DNA from: an uncultured Bacilli bacterium
GTDB taxonomy: Bacteria; Bacillota_I; Bacilli_A; RF39; UBA660
DNA: 51,249 nucleotides
Assembly (NCBI GenBank): GCA_944327365.1
Contig: CALVHI010000003.1
Coordinates: forward strand, 1-51,249
Reading direction: 5' to 3'
Part shown: positions 47,692 to 51,249 of the stretch, one piece after another
Layout: each line of letters begins with the position of its first letter
How positions within the stretch are numbered: the first letter of the stretch is position 1
Program-made: the position numbers and the translations under genes
The notes under the pieces: model-generated
What the model saw: only the letters and a program-made list of their open reading frames with translations
Databases searched by the model: none
Told to the model about the DNA's origin: nothing

Positions 47692-49919
47692 TAGATTCTC
47701 TCGTGAAAAGTTCTTGAAATTACTTCTTCTTGTTGACGCCTTGTAAGTCTGTTAAATCTTACTGCATAGCCCGATACTCTTATGGTTAATAATGGATATT
47801 TATCGGGATTTTCCATTGCATCAATTAATGTTTCTCTATTTAAAACATTCACATTTAAGTGATGTGCTCCCTTGCTAAAATAACCTTCTAGTAAGCTTAC
47901 TAAATTGTCAATTTGTTCGTTCTTACTATGACCTAAAGCACTAGGGATAATGGAAAATGTATTTGAAATACCATCACGACAACATTTAGCATATTCTAGT
48001 TTCGCAACAGAGTTTAGGCTTGCTATAGCACCAGACTCGTCTCTACCATGCATTGGATTGGCACCCGGTGCAAATGCGACTCCGGCTTTTCTGCCATCAG
48101 GAGTAGAACCAGTCTTCGAACCATAAACAACATTCGATGTAATGGTTAGAATTGAGAGAGTTGGCTTTGCATCACGGTAGCATTTGTGTTTAGCAAGTTC
48201 TTCATAAAATTTTTCTGTAATCTCTTTTGCTATATCATCAACACGGTCATCATCATTTCCATATTTAGGGAAGTCACCTTCTATTTTAAAATCAATCGCA
48301 ATTCCCTCTTCATTTCTAATTGGACGCACTTTTGCATATTTTATTGCTGATAGAGAATCGGCAACAACAGAAAGTCCTGCTACACCATAAGCCATTAATC
48401 TTCTTACATGTGTGTCATGTAGAGCCATTTGTCCAGCCTCATAAGCATATTTATCATGCATGTAATGAATAATGTTCATGGCATTAGAATAAACTTCGGC
48501 AACTTTCTCTAACATTTTAAAGTAATTATCCTTTACTCTCTCATAATCAAGTACTTCATCCGTATTTTTTTTGAAGCCTTCTATTACAAGAGTATTTTTC
48601 ATTTCGTCTATGCCACCATTGATTGAATAAAGTAGCGCTTTGGCTAAATTGCATCTTGCTCCAAAAAATTGCATGTCACGCCCTTCACGCATTGCTGATA
48701 CACAACAAGCAATCGCATAATCATCTCCATATAATGGACGCATCACATCATCATTTTCATATTGAATGGCATCCGTATCAATACTCATTTTGGCACAATA
48801 TTTCTTGAAATTTTCTGGTAAATGTTCACTCCATAAAATGGTCATGTTTGGCTCTGGGGCTGGGTCTAAATTAGTTAGAGTGTGAAGCAAGCGATAGCTA
48901 GTTTTGGTAACCATGCTTTCGCCAGATTCAGTAATACCCCCGATAGATGCCGTAACCCATGTTGGGTCTCCTGTGAATAATTCATCATATTCTGGTGTTC
49001 TTAAATGTCTTACTAGTCTTAATTTAATTACAAATTGATCAATGATTTCTTGAATTTCGCTCTCAGTAATTGTTCCTTCTTGTAAATCTCTTTCAAAATA
49101 AATATCAAAGAAAGCATCCACACGGCCTAGGCTCATCGCTGCACCATTGTTTTCTTTTACAGCTGCTAGATAAGCAAAATAAGTCCACTGAACAGCTTCA
49201 CGCCCATTTTTGGCAGGATTGGAAATATCAAAGCCATAACGAAGAGCCATTTTCTTTATTTCATTCAAGGCTTTTATTTGCATTGATACGTCTTCTCTAA
49301 GTTGAATTAACTCTCTATCCATTGGGCCTAAAAGACTTGCTAAATCACGCTTCTTTTCTTCGATTAAATAATCAATACCATATAAAGCTACACGTCTATA
49401 ATCGCCGATAATACGACCTCGACCATAAGCATCAGGAAGTCCTGTTAAAAGACCAGCATGACGTGCTCTTTTAATTTCATCCGTATATGCATCAAAAACA
49501 CCATCGTTATGGGTTTTGCGAAATTCATTAAAATATTTATCTACTTCCGGATTTAATTTATAACCATAAGCATCTAACTCTTCTCTCACCATACGAATAC
49601 CACCATATGGGTTTACAATTCTTTTTAATGGCTTATCAGTTTGAAGACCTACGATGCAATCATCTTCACTACATATGTATCCCGGTTCAAAAGCATTAAT
49701 TCCTGACATATGGTCGACATCTATGTCTAACACTTTTTTCTTTAATTCTTCTTTTAAAAGATTACTACATGTATTCCAAACTTTATTTGTTTTTTCTGTA
49801 GTTCCTTCTAAAAAAGATTCATCTCCCTCATATGCTTTGTAATTTTTTTTGATAAAATCACTTACATTTATTTCTTCAGTCCAAAGACCATCCTTAAAAT
49901 TTCTCCATTCTTCTTTCAT
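47691..49919 (-). CDS. pflB: Formate C-acetyltransferase (pyruvate formate-lyase)
   Basis: [30 protein letters not shown] glycyl radical motif. Confidence 0.99.
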   Translation of the reverse strand: MKEEWRNFKDGLWTEEINVSDFIKKNYKAYEGDESFLEGTTEKTNKVWNTCSNLLKEELKKKVLDIDVDHMSGINAFEPGYICSEDDCIVGLQTDKPLKRIVNPYGGIRMVREELDAYGYKLNPEVDKYFNEFRKTHNDGVFDAYTDEIKRARHAGLLTGLPDAYGRGRIIGDYRRVALYGIDYLIEEKKRDLASLLGPMDRELIQLREDVSMQIKALNEIKKMALRYGFDISNPAKNGREAVQWTYFAYLAAVKENNGAAMSLGRVDAFFDIYFERDLQEGTITESEIQEIIDQFVIKLRLVRHLRTPEYDELFTGDPTWVTASIGGITESGESMVTKTSYRLLHTLTNLDPAPEPNMTILWSEHLPENFKKYCAKMSIDTDAIQYENDDVMRPLYGDDYAIACCVSAMREGRDMQFFGARCNLAKALLYSINGGIDEMKNTLVIEGFKKNTDEVLDYERVKDNYFKMLEKVAEVYSNAMNIIHYMHDKYAYEAGQMALHDTHVRRLMAYGVAGLSVVADSLSAIKYAKVRPIRNEEGIAIDFKIEGDFPKYGNDDDRVDDIAKEITEKFYEELAKHKCYRDAKPTLSILTITSNVVYGSKTGSTPDGRKAGVAFAPGANPMHGRDESGAIASLNSVAKLEYAKCCRDGISNTFSIIPSALGHSKNEQIDNLVSLLEGYFSKGAHHLNVNVLNRETLIDAMENPDKYPLLTIRVSGYAVRFNRLTRRQQEEVISRTFHERI

Positions 49920-50048
49920 ATATTACCTCCATGCTAAAACATTATATCATTAATTGCTATTTCTGTTTAGGACTTTTTTAAAAAATTGTCACTCCATTGA
50001 TATGTTTAATAAATGTAAATTTAGACAAACTATTATTAGTGATGAAGT

Positions 50049-50879
50049 ATGAAAAAAGAGCAAAAAGTGTTATATTTAAATATCTTTGTTAATTTATTTG
50101 TTTCTTTTATTAAAATTATAGGGGGAATTTTAGGGAATGCTTTTACTTTAGTTATTGATGGATTTTATACTGTAAGTGATTTGGTAACAGATGTTATTGC
50201 TTTATTAGGAATTAAAATTGGAAGAAAACGCGCAAACAAGACTCATCCTTTAGGTTATGGCAAAGCTTTTTTTGTTGCACAGTTATTTATGAGTTTGACG
50301 GCTGTTTTTGTTGGTGTAGCTGTCATTTGTTTAAGTTTTGTTATCGATTATCAAAAGCCTTCTATTTGGATCATTTTTATTATTATGGGAACAGTTTTGT
50401 TAAAACTTTTTAGTGCTAATAAACTTTATTGTGTTGGCCTAAAAAATAAAAGTGATTTGCTAATTTCTTCAGGTTTTGAGTCAAAAACAGAAGCTTATTC
50501 TTCTTTGGGTTTGATAATCATTATTTTGCTTAGTCAATTAATTCCTAAAATCGATATGATTGGCGGATTAGTCATTGCTGTCATATTAATTATTCAATCT
50601 TTAAAAACAATAAAGCAAAATATTTCATTGCTAATTGGGATTGTTTTTGATGATGAAGAAGTTAGAGAAAAAATTAACCAAGTTATTAAAAAATATCCAG
50701 CTATAGATGTTATTGATCTTGATATGTTTAAAAATGGGCCTTATTATCAGCTAGTCTTAACTTTTAAAGTGAAAAAGAATTTGAAAGTTGGAAATTTACT
50801 TCGCCTTCAAAGCAAAATAAAAAAAGAACTCAAAGCAAAAACCTTGAATCTTAAGTTTATAGAATTTAGAATTACTTAA
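50049..50879 (+). CDS. Cation diffusion facilitator family transporter
   Basis: KIIGG..DGFYTVSD, HPLGYGK, six TMs and a C-terminal soluble domain. Confidence 0.88.
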   Translation: MKKEQKVLYLNIFVNLFVSFIKIIGGILGNAFTLVIDGFYTVSDLVTDVIALLGIKIGRKRANKTHPLGYGKAFFVAQLFMSLTAVFVGVAVICLSFVIDYQKPSIWIIFIIMGTVLLKLFSANKLYCVGLKNKSDLLISSGFESKTEAYSSLGLIIIILLSQLIPKIDMIGGLVIAVILIIQSLKTIKQNISLLIGIVFDDEEVREKINQVIKKYPAIDVIDLDMFKNGPYYQLVLTFKVKKNLKVGNLLRLQSKIKKELKAKTLNLKFIEFRIT

Positions 50880-51098
50880 TTATTGTAGGAACAAAATCAG
50901 AGAAATGACGAAAAATAAGAAGCCTAAAAATAAAGTTAACCTACTTATAAATAGTTCAAAGCCTCTTTCCTTCATATTTTGAAATAAAGCTTCATTTCCT
51001 CCTGTTATGACTTGTCCAGCACTTGTTGCTTTGTTTCCTTGTAGGAGCACTACAACAATAAGTAAAACAGATATAATTAATAAAAGCGTTTCTAACAT
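50880..51098 (-). CDS. secG: Preprotein translocase subunit SecG
   Basis: VVLLQ..ITGG..LF..KERGFELFISRLT; two TMs. Confidence 0.92.
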   Translation of the reverse strand: MLETLLLIISVLLIVVVLLQGNKATSAGQVITGGNEALFQNMKERGFELFISRLTLFLGFLFFVISLILFLQ

Positions 51099-51188
51099 AA
51101 ATAATCATTCCTTTTTTAAAACATGTATAGTATATCATATTTTTAAATTGAAAACAATAGAATTCGTTTTAACTTTAATTTTAAATTT

Positions 51189-51218
51189 AAGTTCCCATTT
51201 AAAAAAAGATGGGAATTT
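51189..51218. terminator. Terminator-like hairpin
   Basis: ttcccat / atgggaa inverted repeat. Confidence 0.4.
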
Positions 51219-51249
51219 AGTCATAAAAACTATGTTTCTCAACAATTAG

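Noticed and set aside
49987-50002. Crp/Fnr- or Rex-like site TGTCA-N6-TGATA upstream of pflB
   Set aside because: Imperfect palindrome that fits neither consensus well in AT-rich DNA
811-51249. Short ORFs antisense to or nested in real genes (e.g. 811..1158, 23586..24164, 44642..45046, 51007..51249)
   Set aside because: Shadow frames of well-supported genes, with no protein motifs
1-51249. Mycoplasma-type genetic code 4, prophage, rRNA or tRNA genes
   Set aside because: TGA ends genes at ATGA overlaps and long ORFs are intact under code 11; no phage genes, rRNA or tRNA-like sequences were seen

Overview
AT-rich chromosomal window from a low-GC Bacillota (Firmicutes) genome using genetic code 11 (TGA is a stop). 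The compact genes and very short leaders resemble uncultured gut Bacilli such as RF39, but that lineage is inference. Most genes lie on the minus strand. Housekeeping genes: rbr, trxB, lgt, uvrB, a two-gene sufC/sufB-like pair, glmS, cysS, pflA/pflB, a CDF transporter and secG. Cell-envelope glycopolymer genes: GtrB-like GT2, two GT-C proteins, GtrA, two LtaS-family proteins, a MurT/GatD-like pair, DHHW-MBOAT-DHHW, a UbiA-type polyprenyl-phosphate phosphoribosyltransferase with a HAD phosphatase, mnaA, tagO, tagA, GT4, Wzy/ligase-like, Wzx, ATP-grasp, tagD and TagB/F. Most unusual observations: (1) a divergent GroEL-like gene with no adjacent groES, overlap-coupled to a radical SAM DNA modification/repair pair behind a LexA-like box; (2) a ~236-nt structured intergenic RNA candidate; (3) several intact ORFs with altered catalytic residues (GatD, a HAD domain fused to LtaS, YugP-like peptidase, Rpn-like nuclease, Fic); (4) a polyprenyl-phospho-ribose module with no DprE1/DprE2 in the window; (5) an unannotated 35-aa basic ORF with its own promoter and terminator; (6) a Fic gene with twin GTGAAAC-N25-GTTTCAC sites beside a decayed FAD oxidoreductase gene; (7) two orphan IS3-family ends. 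All family calls are by-eye motif recognition; no searches were run.
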